Source: Heteronotia binoei (Eukaryota). From it: 64,000 bases of DNA. Within the stretch, counting starts at the first letter, position 1; each line of letters opens with the position of its first letter. The notes under the pieces are model-generated. The model made no database searches. It was given only the letters and a program-made list of their open reading frames with translations, and had not been told where the DNA came from. The DNA lies in NCBI RefSeq assembly GCF_032191835.1, contig NC_083230.1:87544001-87608000 (forward strand). The letters run 5' to 3'. The position numbers were made by a program, and so were the translations under genes. Of the stretch, positions 12,678-25,737 are shown piece after piece.

Positions 12678-14132
12678 CAGACCCGTAGCTATGAAGGGGA
12701 CTGTGGGGGCACAGCCCCCCGACTTCTGGGTGAGGTCCCCTGACTGGACGCCCCAACCAGTCCCCCGGGCCTCTGCCATAGCTCCGAGGGCTGCCGCTGG
12801 CCCCACCAGCAATTTGGCCAGCCGGGGGCAGAAGCAGTCTCAGCCTCCCCCTGGAGTTAAAGGGCCAGAAGATCAGCTCTTTGTGGGCCCTTTAGCTCCA
12901 GTGGGGAGCTGGGGGTTGCTTTTGCTGCGGCTCCATCGGCTGTTTTAGTAGCAGGGAAGGAAGGGAGGGTTGTGACCAGAGTGACAGGGAGGGAAAAGAA
13001 GGGTCTTCTCTTCCCTCCCTGCTGTTCTTGTGGATGCCCTCCCTTCCTCGCCATTAAAATAGCTGTGCCCCCGTGGCAGAAGCAGCGGCCCACCTCCCTC
13101 CCAGTTAAAGGGCCCGATGATCAGCTGGTTTGCGGGCCCTTTAACTAGCAGGGGGGCTAGGGCTGCTTCTGCCTCCACCCCACGCTATTTTAATGGTGGG
13201 GAAAGAAGGGAGGGTGTTGGCAGGGGCAGGCAAGGAAGAGCTTCCCTTCCCTCCTCTCCCTGCTGCTTTCCCCGCCACCACCCTCCCTTCCTTCGCAGCC
13301 ACTTGTCCCTTTCCCTCCCACCTAGTCCCCATCCCAACAGCTTCTCCTTTCCCCTTCTCCTCCCTCCCAGCCTCGATGGCCACTGCTTCTCCTCGCCCCT
13401 TCCCCTCCCACCCAGCCCCGATCGCCACTGCTTCTCCCCACCTCCTTTCCCGCCTTCCCAGATCTGATCGCTGCCCCTTCTTGCTTCTTCCCCTCCCTCC
13501 CAGCCCCGATGGCAACCACTTCTCCTGCCCGTTCCCCTCCCTCCCAGCCCCGATGGCAGCCACTTCTCCTGCCCCTTCCCCTACCTCCCAGCCCTGATCG
13601 CAGCCACTTCTCCTGCCCTTTCCCCTCCCTCCCAGCCCTGATCGCAGCCACTTCTCCTGCCCTTTCCCCTCCTTCCCAGCCCTGATCGCAGCCACTTCTC
13701 CTCACCCCTTCCCCTCCCACCCAGCCCCATCACAGCGGCTTCTCCTGCCCCTTTCCTCCACTCTCAGTACCGATCACAGCCACTTGCTTGCCCCTTCCCC
13801 TCCCTCTCAGCTCTGATCACAGCGGCTTCTTGCCCCTTCCCCTCCCTCCAACCCCGATCACCTCTGCTGCCTGCCTCTCCCCCCACCTGTTCCTGTGAGT
13901 AGCCCCATGCCTGCCGCTGGGGCTACTCACAGGAACTACTCATGAGGGCTACTCATGAGTAGACAGCAAATCCGGTGACTGGGGCAGGGCAGAGCTGTGC
14001 TGCCTAGCTAGAAGGGCTAGGGCCGGCCCTGCCTGTCACTAGAGGGAAGGTTGTGTGGGGCGCTGGGTGGCATCAGTGCCACCCGAAAAATGTAAACGTC
14101 CCCCGACCTTCCAAATCCTGGCTATGGTCCTG
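12678..14132. mobile_element. GC-rich non-autonomous hAT element (Tip100-like termini) nested in a TAGGGTTGCCA MITE
   Basis: Imperfect TIR CAGACCCGTAGC / GCTATGGTCCTG. Perfect 8-bp TSD GCCAGGTC at 12670-12677 and 14133-14140. Confidence 0.75.
13325..13860. repeat. 44-bp C/G-skewed minisatellite (about 12 units)
   Basis: Unit cccagccctgatcgcagccacttctcctgcc(c/t)ttcccctccct starts at 13587, 13631 and 13675. Confidence 0.9.
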
Positions 14133-14683
14133 GCCAGGTCCCTTTGTCATGCTGGTGGGGGGATTTGGGGGGCATCTCAGGAGTGGACAGGGACATCATG
14201 TGATGCACTGATTTCACCTGGAAGTGACATCAGTGCATGCTCACTGGAAATTTCTGGTTGCCCCACACAAGCCATCATAGAGCAAACTTTGCTTGGGTCC
14301 TGCTTGCAGTCTCCTTTGCCACCCCCAGCCCTGCTCACATCTCTCCCTCCTTGAGGGTCACAAGCTCAGCTTTGATTGCTCACTGCGAGCCACTTAGACA
14401 TCCTGTCCTGCCTGATGCACTTTTAAAAAGCTCCCTTCTTCTCTTGCATTGTCCCCTTCAACAGGTGCTGCTCCTCTTCTTTCTTCAAGTAATCCTCTTT
14501 TTGCTGCAGTTTATCCCACTCCACAGCTTCAGATGTTGGATCCTCCATCCCATCTGAGTGTGCACAAGTTCATCCCTCTGCTCTTTCTCCCAGACACTTT
14601 TCCACCCCCCGTGTTTGGTTTTCCTATGAGTGTGGCTCCTTTAAGGAAATACAAAGCTGCCACTTGTTTTATTATACTGCATG

Positions 14684-16386
14684 CAGGGCCAGACCTCCCA
14701 CTAGGTGACTTAGGTGATCACCTAGGGCACTACCAGTCCAGAGGTGTGGAATTAGACCCCCAAACCGGTGGGCCTTTCTTCCTGCTTTTGCATGCTGGGG
14801 TGCAAAAATAGGGAAAGAATCTCTCCCCGCCCCCCATGGCTCTCGGAGTCTCTGAGAGGTATGGGCAGCATGTTAGCTAAAATGCCCTTTCAAGTTAATT
14901 TGGGGGATTTTAATCAATTAGGCAAGATGGAAAAAATTAATGTGGGGTCAATAACTTATGTATTCCAGAACGGGTATTTCCCAGGAGCCCTTAAGTCAAT
15001 GATGAGATATTGGGTATAAGTAAATTATATTTATTAAAAGAAATGCAAGCATACAAAAAAAAAAGCATACATTCAACATAGTTCAGAACTAAGAAGAATA
15101 GCTGGAAACAATAGGGATGTTTGCATTAGTAGGAGTATTGTTGGTGGGTAATATGTAATCTATCCAGGTGAAAAGCAGAGTTTCATCAGTGAAGAAAGGG
15201 GAAGGGAAACCTGTGAGATGACCAGCATCACATGGACAAGGACCCAAACTGATCAGGAGTGGGGGTGGCACTTCCAGCAAGGTAGCAGTCAAGACAGAGT
15301 CACACCTGAATGGCAGAAGGGTTTGCCTTTGTGACCTGAGGCAAGTTCCCACAGTGGGATTACCTGGCCAGTCAATGGTTCCCAGGAAATTTGACAATAG
15401 AACTCAGTGATTAATGTTTTTCTGAGCAGAAACATACACTAAATGAAGAAAACTGGAATGGGCAATTGAGGGTCTGATGGTTTGCTGTAGTGACACCCCT
15501 TGGGGAAGAATGGGAAACAAAAGGGATCAGGAGGGGAGGAGATGAGTAGCAGGATCTGGTTGATGAACTTCGTAAGGTGAAGAGATGAATCCAACAATGG
15601 CCTATTGTCAGAGGTGCTGTTTGAATGGATGGCAGGAAGACTCCTTTGTCCACAGGTACTTATTATGATTGCCTCACATCAGTTTCTTTGTCTCTAGCTG
15701 GGCAGCCGACAACTGCATAACCAAAGCATGTTGCAAGGACTCTGGAATGTAGTACATGATGAAGACACAGCCTCTTTCATGGCTGCTACAGGAAAATAAG
15801 GAGTCATTTTGAAATCTCCAGGAACATGGCTTCACCTAAGTCTGCTGCCAGTCTTGTCTCCGTAAGACATGGCTACAGTGGTCTGCAACAGGATGGCTAG
15901 TCAGCTGGCGGGAGGGTGAAGTATGGTCTAAGATTCTTATGTTTCTGTGGGCAATTTTGTCCACAGTGCAACAGTCCAAGTGAGGGGTGCATTGTGCATT
16001 GTTTGGCTCAGCACCAGGATAGTCCAGGAGGGCCAAGTGCTCGGAAGTTGGTCCTGCATAGGTGCCAGCCCATGCACAGTTGATTATAGCCCAAAGTCAA
16101 GTGTTGGTTTTGCTGAAAATCATGGTTGTTTGGTAACAGGCAGGGCTTTCTTCCTGCTTTTGCACCCTAGAGTGCAAAAACAGGATAAAGATCTCTCCCA
16201 CACCCCATGCCTCTTGGGGTCTCCAAGAGCTGTGGGCTGGTGGGGTAAATCCTTCTCTGGGGTCAGGCTGCAATGGCAGCCTGATCTTTCCATTGTATTC
16301 TGTGGGCCCAGAATCAATGCAGGGGGTGGGCGGGCTGCAACTAGTTAGCCTTGCCTAGGGTGCCAAACCATCTAGGTCCAGCACTG
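14684..16386. mobile_element. 1.7-kb hAT-TIR-bounded composite element
   Basis: TIR CAGGGCCAGACCT / AGGTCCAGCACTG. TSD ACTGCATG / ACTGCATT (7/8). Internal direct repeats of about 90 bp at 14768-14857 and 16138-16230. Confidence 0.6.
14959..15396 (-). mobile_element. LTR-like segment (possible solo LTR)
   Basis: TG..CA ends and AATAAA near the minus-strand 3' end. No TSD found. Confidence 0.35.
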
Positions 16387-16711
16387 ACTGCATTCCCTTG
16401 CTTCCACTACGCCCCAGCAAAGCAAGAGCAGGCTGAAATAGGAACTACTGGCACAGTCATCTGACAGACACACCACCCTCTTTTCCTTTGTCTGCTCCCT
16501 ATGGAGAGAAACTGGAGTTCTCTCTCCTAGGCATGTGTGAGGTCCCCAGGTCTAGGTGTTCATAGAAGCACTGGCAGGGCATGAAGCCACTGCCTCAAGG
16601 CAGGGTGCTCATAAGCAGCTGCCAGACCAAAAACTGAGCTGGACAGGTGTTTCTTATTTGTTCAGGGGGCATCCCCTTTGTTTTCTGAGCTTAGCCCTCG
16701 ATTCTGGATAA

Positions 16712-17816
16712 TGTCAGTGCATCACGCTGGGTATTGCTATTTGGAAGTGGGGGATTTCCTCCTGTTGGCCAGCTGGTCAGCAGCAGGCAGGAGCCCATGA
16801 AAATGGGGGGGTCTCCACCCCCCCCCACCTGGGGAATGGTATTCCTTGCTAACACTTAAAAGGAGAGAAAGGGTTGACTTCACTGTCTTATCTGATTGTC
16901 TTCTTGCTGCCCCCTTCAAAGTCTTCTTCTCTTTTTCTTTGTACACCATGTGGAGAAACGCCATTTTAGTCAATGTTGGTGCTTCATTGGGAGGGAAAAC
17001 ATGAAACTCCTAAGCAGGCTTTGGCCTAGCCTCCCTCCAAACCCCCTCTCCCTTCCAGAGCCAAACCAACAACTCTAGGGGGAAAGTCTCCTAGAGAGGC
17101 AGGAAGTTCTTTTGTTCTCTGCATGTGAGTTAGGCAGGAAGAGAAGTGAGTTCTCAGCTAGCACTCAACGGAGAAGGATGTGAGCCTGGGAGCTCCTGCC
17201 TGGGAAAGAGGCCTATTTACGCAGGACAAGGCCCCCAGGTAGTCAGACCAAGTAAGTCGTCCACAAGACAGGACCAGTTTAGACCAGGGACAATAGGATG
17301 CGTTTATAATCAACTTTTCTTTGTTATGCTGTTTGCTGTGTGTGTGCTGTGCTGTGCTGTGCTAACCATTTACAAGCAACTGTTTTTGTTCTGTTCTTCT
17401 TTTCTTTTCTTTTTCTCTTTTAATTAAATATTTTTACTGTTTTAAATGCTGGCAGTCCATCTCTGTACCACATAGATCCCCAACCACTTAGACCACGCTG
17501 TTTTAAGAAGGGGGCCCCGGGGAAGTGGGAAGGCATGCAGTTGGATAAGGTGCCAATCCTCCAGGGGTTCCCCAAAGAAGTGCTGAGGTCTCTGTGATAC
17601 CCAAGTACAGGGTGGCAGAGGACCTTGAGGCCGGACCTCATAGCTGGAGAGGGGGATTGGGAGTCCTGTTCCTCTCAATCTGAACCCCTAGACTGAGCAG
17701 GTGGTGGCAGCGAGCCCAAGTGGCAGGAAGAGAAATAGCTCCCTCCAGGAGTTGGCGACTCAATAGGGAGCTGACGGGACCGGGTCTGAAGGCAGAATCG
17801 GGCCGGTTCCGTCACA
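16712..17816 (+). mobile_element. LTR-like segment (possible Gypsy solo LTR)
   Basis: Ends ..ccggttccgtcaCA; tentative TGT start; low-complexity U3/R-like interior. No TSD confirmed, boundaries uncertain. Confidence 0.35.
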
Positions 17817-19095
17817 CACCAGATATTGTCTCTTCCAACAAAAATGCAATGAAATTCTTTCACCTACTGAGCACATATTCCAGTTGGTTGTCATGTTAAT
17901 AGTTGAGTGAAGATAACTGAGTGAAGAATTAGAGGGGGGGGGATTGCTTATCAGAACTGGATGCTTTTCAGTGGATGTGCCACTGTTGTATATAGGAGCA
18001 ACTTGGCGGCGGGGGGGGGGGGGAGAACACTGCAGAGATCAACCTGTGAGGTGATTTTTTAGATGGATAATCCAGCACTGCAAAGGAAAATATTAGATAA
18101 GTTAATTTTATGGGTCCTGCTAAGCATACATTTGTATGAAAGATATTCAGAGCTGAGCCTGAAGATCTGAAGTTCTGAGGCAACACAAATCAAAGTGTCT
18201 GACAGAAATGAAGCTCAAGAGCTTCATTTTGGAGCTCAGACTGATGTCCAGAGAGCACCCTCTGCATATGGGGAGTAATTAGATAAAATGCATGTAGATA
18301 ATTACAGAACCTAGCATTTTATTTTCTGCTGAGTCTATAAAAAACCTGTCCTGACAAATGAACCAATTTTTGCATATCTTAATTGGCATCCATGAAAAGG
18401 AAAAGGGGGGAAAATCCAGATGCATGGAAGCTAACTTATCCTTAAATTACTGGACTAGACAAAGCTGTCTTCAAATGCCTGAGCTCTCAGCATGATGTAT
18501 GTTTCAGTGAGCCATTTTGTAAACTGTCACTGACAAAGGCAAACGCAACCTGACAAAATAGTAAGAACCCTTAAGCAGTGTTTTTGCAAGGTGGCTCTGC
18601 AAGCAAGCCGTCCTTCTGGGTTGAGACAACCTGGCTAATGAAGATCTGATTGCAATCTTTGGTGGCAGATGTGGGCAGAGCTGGTCTGAGCCTTGTTAGT
18701 CCACCTCCAGTCTGCCTTCCTGAAATATCCTGGCTTCTCAGAACAACAAGGTTTTTCTGTTTCAGAAATGGCAAAGTCCATTGAAAAACAACATGCATTT
18801 TCCTTTATAATAGACCTGTAAATATAGCGATATAAAGTTTGACATTGTCCCTCAAATCTCTGTCTCTTTTGTAAATAAATTCATGAAAGTAAAATCACTG
18901 ATTCATTATAAATACCACAGGAAAAATCAACAGCAAATTGTCTTTGCAACTTCTACAGACTATTATCTCAGAGATTAACTCTTAGATGTATCCAAATGCA
19001 AATACTTAGTGGTATCAGCAAATAAAAAACAGTTTAAAGTTTGCAACTCATCCTACCATATTAGTCAAATATGCTTTCAATATTAGAACAATGTT

Positions 19096-19495
19096 TGAGT
19101 CCAGTGGCACCTTTAAGTGCAACAAAGTTTTATTCAAGCTATAAGCTTTTGTGTGCATGTGCACGTCTTCAGATACAGTGAAATAGAAATTACCAGTCCA
19201 TACAAAGAGATAGAGGGCATGCAGTAACCTAGCAAACAGCATGATGATGTTTAACATCTGCCCTTCAGTTGCCAATTCCGACATATTATTTCCTTCATTA
19301 TGTTTTCCTGGAATTAAACCCAAATAAATGGTAATCATATCAACTAAGTTTGTTATTCCCGTTTGATCCTTGAATTTGTTCAACATCTTCATTATGCTGT
19401 ATGCTAATTTACTGCTCATACTCTATCTATATGTATGGACTCGTAATTTTCCATTTAATTGCATCTGAAGAAGTGTGCATGATGCTTCAGACCAA
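19096..19495. mobile_element. Penelope-like remnant with inverted terminal segment
   Basis: gagtccagtggcacctttaag..aagcttttgtgtgcatg..tcttcagatac. About 19150-19240 is inverted at about 19390-19480. Related pieces at 23395-23480 and 38435-38524. Family assignment is from recollection. Confidence 0.5.
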
Positions 19496-19798
19496 CATGG
19501 CTATCCACCTGAATCTCTGCTTTCAATAGTGTCTCTTTCAGAAATCTATATAAAGGACAGCAGCAGTACAATCCCAAGTAGAGCTACAGTATTCTAAATT
19601 CATTAAAGTCAATAGATTTAGAAGGATGTAATTCTGTTTAGGATTGTTTAGGAGATCTTCGCCCAATTAATTACATTGCTGTTCCTTAACTGCAATATCA
19701 TTACATTGCTCATATTTTGCTAATGTGTCTATTATTGGGAAACAGTGCACAAAAGCTTTTCTGAAGATCAAGACACTTCAGATCTAAGATACAATGAC

Positions 19799-20459
19799 TA
19801 GGGCTGGCCCTAGGGCACATGGCATCCCACCCACTGCACCCCCATGCCATGCCATGCCCCACCCCACCTCCCTCTGCAGCACTTCCTCCTCCCTCCCTCA
19901 CAATTTTAATGCCTGGGAACCGACAGAAGCCCTGTGCTCCCAGGCTCTTTAAAGGCCACCCTTGATTGGCGGGTAAAACTTCGCTGGAGGCCAGTTCCTA
20001 TGCGATCAGTGTGGGGGCAGCAGGAAGGATGAGCGAGCTGCTGAGAAAGAGCAGCCACTGCCGCTTCCTCCCCACTTCCTTCCTGCATCTTGTGGGGAGG
20101 AAGTGGGGAGGAGGCAGCGGCGGCGACAGCTCTTTCTCAGCAGCTCGCTTGTTCTTCTCACTGTTGCCGCACCCGTGCTGATCGCGAGTGCACCTGAGGG
20201 CTAGCATAGGAGCCGCCAGCCTCTGGTGCAGTTTTACCCACCAATCAACTGATTGGTAGGGGCGACCTTTAAAGAGCCCAGGGAGCGCAGCGCTTCACTG
20301 CCCGTTCCTGGGCATTAAAATTGTGAGGAAGGGAGGGAGGGGGAGGCAAACACGGATTTACCTAGGGGGCGGGGCGGGGGCAAGGGCCAAATTCAGCACC
20401 CCTGCCCTGCTGGCACCCTAGGCAAATGCCTAGTTTGCCTAGTGGGCGGGCTAGTCCTG
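19799..20459. mobile_element. hAT MITE (CAGGGCTGGCCC-type termini)
   Basis: Termini (T)AGGGCTGGCCC / GGGCTAGTCCTG. TSD ACAATGAC / ACATTGAC (7/8). Confidence 0.75.
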
Positions 20460-23057
20460 ACATTGACATTAATGTTTGTGAGTGTAGAAGCTCCTTCTCA
20501 AGGTTTTTCTGTAACATTTCAGTGTCACACATACAGCAACAAAACCCAGGAAGACCAGGGTAGGTAAACATGAAAATGTTTCTCCATAGCAGCTGTCATA
20601 GAGTTTTGTAAAAGAGCTGAAATATAGGACATAGTTGACAGAAGGCAAGCCTATCCTTCACGCTAGATTATCCAGATCTCCAGACTCAGTTAACCAGTTT
20701 TATCCTATCCCCAAATACCTCCAAGTACACCTCTTTAATTTTTCCTTTAAAAATGAATGTCTAATATTGACTTCTGCAGAGAAATTGTGGTGGTTGGGGG
20801 ATGCCCTGATGAGAGCTAAGGATGCTCAAGCATCCACCAGTTCAGCTCAGGAGCAAGAATTTGTTTTTTGTGGAGCAGTTTGGCTGTTCGTGAGCAGCTC
20901 AAGCCTAGTCAGGTGGTTCCTTTCAAGTCTAATCAGGGTATTCAGTCAGTACAGTGCAATCAGCAATATTTCATACATGTATGTTCCACATAGCTTGATG
21001 GGCATCCCAGCCTCCAACCCCACAGACTTCTGGTCATTACATTTCGCTCTGTAGCCAGTTGTTTAAATCACCATGCATTGTTTGTCTAAGTCTGCATCAT
21101 TGATGTGATTTCAGACAGCCTTGTGGGGGTTGTAGTCACCCCTCCCATATCATTTAGTCACCTGACCTGACCATCCATGATCCTGAGGGAGAATTGGTTT
21201 TACCTACTATGCACATAGAAGCATCCACAAGGTAGAAGGGAATGAAAATTTTATCCCTGCCACTGTTGTGTACCCTCGAAGCTGTCTGGCAACTGTTCAG
21301 GTTTGCTGGCAGCAAAGCAAAGAAATCTGAAGTTTGGCTCACATGAAATTGCAGTTGTCAAAGAAGGCATCTTCACCTATCACACATGCTCACCATGAAG
21401 TCTGTGGCACCACTAGTGCACCTACTGTTTGCTCCTATGCCAAATGTGTCTCCATACACACAGTTGCCCAAGGGTCCTTGCAATATACAGGTCCTCTACC
21501 ACCCCCATTCATATGCCAGGGAAATCTCAAGAAAGATTATAAAGTATATTGCCTAGTGGGGACAATTACAGGGGAATGGAAAGGAGCGTTACTTCATTCT
21601 TGCTGTGGAAGTGAGAAGAATGATGGAATTAGTGCTTGTCAATTTGCTACTGACTCTTGGTGACTCCTCATGGAGTATTCAAGGAAAGAGATGAGCAGAA
21701 GTGGTTTGCAACCCTGGTCTTTCTTAATTTAGGCTGCTTTATGCTGTGGGAGTAAAAAAAGATAGTATTATTAACTTCTTCACCCCTGCTTCGGAGGGCA
21801 AGCTACCAAGTCCCTAAGCCAGTGCTATTGTTCCTTTCATTGAATGGACTGCTCTCCTTGTGCGTAGCACTGAGAGGCTGAGCATGGGAACGTCACTGGA
21901 CTACCAGGGATCAAATAGTTATAGTTTTTATATGATTGTGAGTTGCTGTGAAGACTCTTTTGCGCAGGGTGGGATAGAATTATTTTAATGGACAAATAGA
22001 ATGGGCTGAATGAACACATTCTTGCCACATTCAAACAGGGAAGCGTTATGCAGTAGCCTAATGAGGAGGACTGGGAAATAATTTTCTGTGGGAAGGGTTT
22101 CTGTTCTGGTGTTCCAAGTATGAATAATGACAACATCTTCAATTTATTTGGAATCATAATAGGATACCTTGTCAAAAGGAAATTGAGAAAATTACATTTG
22201 GCTTTTTTTTTTTTGGTGAGTCAGTCATGATGGGGACCATGTTATAACAACCTGCCATCACATCAGGAAGAGATACAGGTGACAAAGAAGCTGAGGCAGA
22301 TCAAACCTGAACTGAATACATGTGACCCAATCCTGGTCAGATTTTACACACCCTTGACAGAGACCTGAGGGGATGTCCTTTTCTTAGACTTTTGCTTGTC
22401 AGGGCAACAGAAGTATGATTGAATTAAATTAAACTGAATTGCTTCTGTCAGTCTTCTGTCACCAGTGCTTCCAGTAACTAAATCAAGGGCTCTCTAAGGA
22501 TTCCTAGAAACTTCCTTTGATCACTGTACTACATGACAAGGTTTATACGTCAGAATGCCAATCTCAGGCAATGACATCAACACTGTGGATTGTCTGGTAG
22601 ACCTTTCACTGAGACAGATCCGTATGCAGGCCTATGGCCTTGACAGAAATCTGCTACTTGACGCAGTGGCTTGACAATTTATGATATTCCTCATAGTCCT
22701 ATGTATTTGCCTTCTTTTCTAAGTGAAGCCTTATGCATGTACTAGGGCGTGAAGCTTATCATATTATAAGTTTACCCCATCCTTGCATAGCAAAGATGGT
22801 GCCCACAACCTTTCCTAAATTATTGTATTCTAACCTTATATAATGTTCCTCTGTCATATGGCACACACATACCCCATCACAATGACCACATCACAAAGGT
22901 TGATTAGGATGAGAAAGACTGACTGGCCAAAGGTGATCTGGTGATCTTCATGACCAAGTGAGGATTCAGACTCAACCTCCTTAGCTCTTATCCTACACTT
23001 TAATCATTACATTACACTAATTCAGCCCTGTAATGTAATGTAACATAACATGCCCTG

Positions 23058-23250
23058 ACTGGAATGGCCCAGGCTACCCTGATTTTGTCAAATCTAGGAA
23101 GCTAAGTAGGGTTGGCTGTAGTTAGTACTTGAATGGGAGACCACCAGGTTGCTATACAGAGGCAAGCAATGGCAAACCACCTCTGTTCATCTCTTGCCTT
23201 GAGAATCCTATAGGATCACCAAAAATTAACTGTGACTTGATGGCATTGTC
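23058..23250 (+). mobile_element. 5S rRNA-derived SINE (5S-Sauria type)
   Basis: 5S-like head (ggaagctaagtagggttgg..ttagtacttgaatgggagacc) followed by Sauria/BovB-like tail (gcaatggcaaaccacctctg..tcttgccttgagaatcc). Confidence 0.8.
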
Positions 23251-24463
23251 CATCATTACAATTAATATAATATAATATAGGATCATCCCAAAACATAATA
23301 TTACAAAAGTTATAATAACAGCAAAAGCTGGAGCAGGGACCTCACTCCTAGGTTACTGACCATGATCCTGTGTATTAGTCTCTGGCAGCAAAATGAAAGA
23401 GGAGTCCAGAGGCACCTTAAAGAATAGCAACATTCATTCCACCAGAAGCTTTTGTGAATCAGAGCTCCCTTCATTAATGTAGTTGTTTCTAACCCATGAG
23501 CGAGACATTATACTGTCTTCTGTGGGCCTTAAAGACCAATGATTCTACATCAAAAGAATTGCTCAGAGCATTCAGAGAGCAGCTGATAAGTCCATCTCCT
23601 TATTTTAGCTGCTCATCTCAGGAACTTCAGCTTTGGCCAGGGAATGCTGTTTACAAAAGTAGGACTTCAGATACAAGCCTGTCAATATCAGCTCTCCATT
23701 TTGTGTATAGGCTTGCCAGATCACCGCTAGCCACTGGCAGGGGTTGGGAGTGGGGGGTGCAGTTGCCAGATTCAGGTTGGGAAACTCTTAGAGAATTGGT
23801 GATGAAGCCAAAGGAGGACAGGGACTTCAGTGGGGTATAGAACCATAGAGTCTCTCCTCCAAAGCATCTAGTTTCTCCAGGGAAACTGATTTCAGTAGTC
23901 TGGAGAAGAGCTTTAATTCCAGGGGATCCTACACAGAGGCTGGCATCCCTACTTTGCATACCAGTGGAATCTCTTGACTTCCCCCTGTCCAGACACCAAC
24001 TGGGGAGCCTATGCTAAAGTCTACCATGCTGCTGGGTTAATTACAGTGCATTCCTAAACAGTACTTTATAACCTTCTAAATCCACTGAAGTCAAATGGCT
24101 TTGAAGGACTTAATTTTGTTTAGGATTGCAGTGTTAGTATAATCCTGCAACTTTTCAACTTCTTCTTCAACTCACTGAGAATTTCATGGGCATCCTGACT
24201 CCAAGTCTAACTCTCTGTATGCTACTTACAATAAGGAGTGAATTCACAATTCAGAAGATGAGATCAGAAATCACGCATTTTAAAACTGTGATACATTTTA
24301 TTCATTTATAACATTAATACTCTACTTTTCTGTTAAGACTTGACAGCTTACATCAGCAACAACAAATTGCAATTTAAAATACAATAAATTATACCCTAAC
24401 ATCATCAAAACCACCTATTAAGATAGAAATCACAGCAAGCGCTTCCTCCAACAGCCTCATTAC

Positions 24464-24672
24464 CCTTCTTTGCATATGAATTACATTTCCTGAGACTATT
24501 GCATATTTTGCTGTTATGTTTCCGAAGCGTTTCTCCTCTACAGCCGCAAGAACTAGAAAGCTGCCCTTTTGTAATGATAGAACATTCTCCCAGGAACTGA
24601 ATGAAAGCCACTGAAGTATACAGAAATGCATGAAGGATCTGTAGATCCCATTGTACCAGAACTTGTCCGTAC
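24464..24672 (-). other. Candidate 209-nt internal exon of an unidentified gene
   Basis: T-rich tract plus CAG acceptor at 24673-24675 and AAGG|GTAATG donor at 24463. Two of three frames are open across it. No protein family recognised. Confidence 0.25.
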
Positions 24673-25737
24673 CTGAGCAATAAATAAATAAATAAAACAA
24701 AATGACTACTGCCCTTACCATCAAAGCTGCTGTATACAGGACCCATGATACATGACTGCCCATCCCCTCCTTCAGTGAAGATAGCATACAAAGCTGCCTA
24801 ACAACAAGTTAGCCCATTGGTCCATCTAGTTCAAAACTGTCTGCTGTGACTGGCAGCTCCCCAAGATCTTTCTCAGAGTATATAGCTAGAGATGCCAGAG
24901 ATTAGTCCTGGTACCTTATGCATGCACAGTATGTACTCTGCCAGCGAGCCACATTCCCTCCCTGTGGGAAAGAAATATCTTACTGAGGCTGTGGTGTGGC
25001 AGGGACAAAAGCAAAACCAGATTCTTTTGACAGTCATTCATTCCTAGTAACCACACTTCTGTTGTATTGCTGAAGACAGTTGTATTCTTCATTGCTGAAA
25101 AGCCCAGTCTGTCCATCTATACCATACAGTTAACAGGAAAGGTTGTGGCTTTTCTTACTTTGGCTGCCAAAATTGCTGCCAGTTTGCAAACACATTTTAC
25201 TGCTGTCTGTCTTTTTCTTCCCCTTCTACCCCAAAAGCAATAAGGAGCCAAAGAGGGTCAAGTTTATAAATGACAATGGGAAGGGAAGTGGGTTTCCATG
25301 GCTGCCAGCAATTACTGTGCAGACTCAGATGAATGGAGATTACAGCCCAAGGCTGCTATTTTGGGCATCAGTGAGATACAATAACAAAGGACAAATTTAA
25401 TTCACTGCTACGGTGAGGTGGATGCAGCTCACTTCCCAAAACAAGGACAGCTTTATCAACACCCTTAGGACAGGCAGCTCAGGCCACAGAATCCCATTAC
25501 CTGCAACACTGACCTTGGCTTTTCTGGGCTCAGAGTCTCATTCAGAAAGTCACAGTGTCCATTTCTCTGTTTCACAACAGAGTAGCTTCAAAGTGACCAT
25601 CAGAAACGAGAGTCAATTTGAAGGAAACAACAACAACAACAATAGTAATGTCATTTACCACTTAACCCAAGATGAAAAAAGTGAATCAGGACTTCCCAGT
25701 CTTGCTCTGATCTCACAAGTAGTCATTTCAGTTGTAA

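Noticed and set aside
13117-13720. Several long GC-rich ORFs on both strands
   Set aside because: They are translations of the 44-bp minisatellite, giving low-complexity repetitive peptides.
13325-13860. CRISPR-like array
   Set aside because: Eukaryotic context, contiguous units with no unique spacers, and no cas genes.
18571-18820. Possible exon behind a TTTACAG acceptor (similar candidates near 9500, 21400, 27600, 40750, 43990, 46175, 51520)
   Set aside because: Short frames, no recognisable protein similarity, and they could not be chained into a consistent gene model.
22540-22680. Possible ancient CR1/L2 RT fragment
   Set aside because: Similarity limited to a few residues; not supportable without alignment.
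23058-23150. 5S rRNA gene
   Set aside because: Degenerate 5S head fused to a SINE tail, with multiple dispersed copies; a SINE, not a functional rRNA gene.
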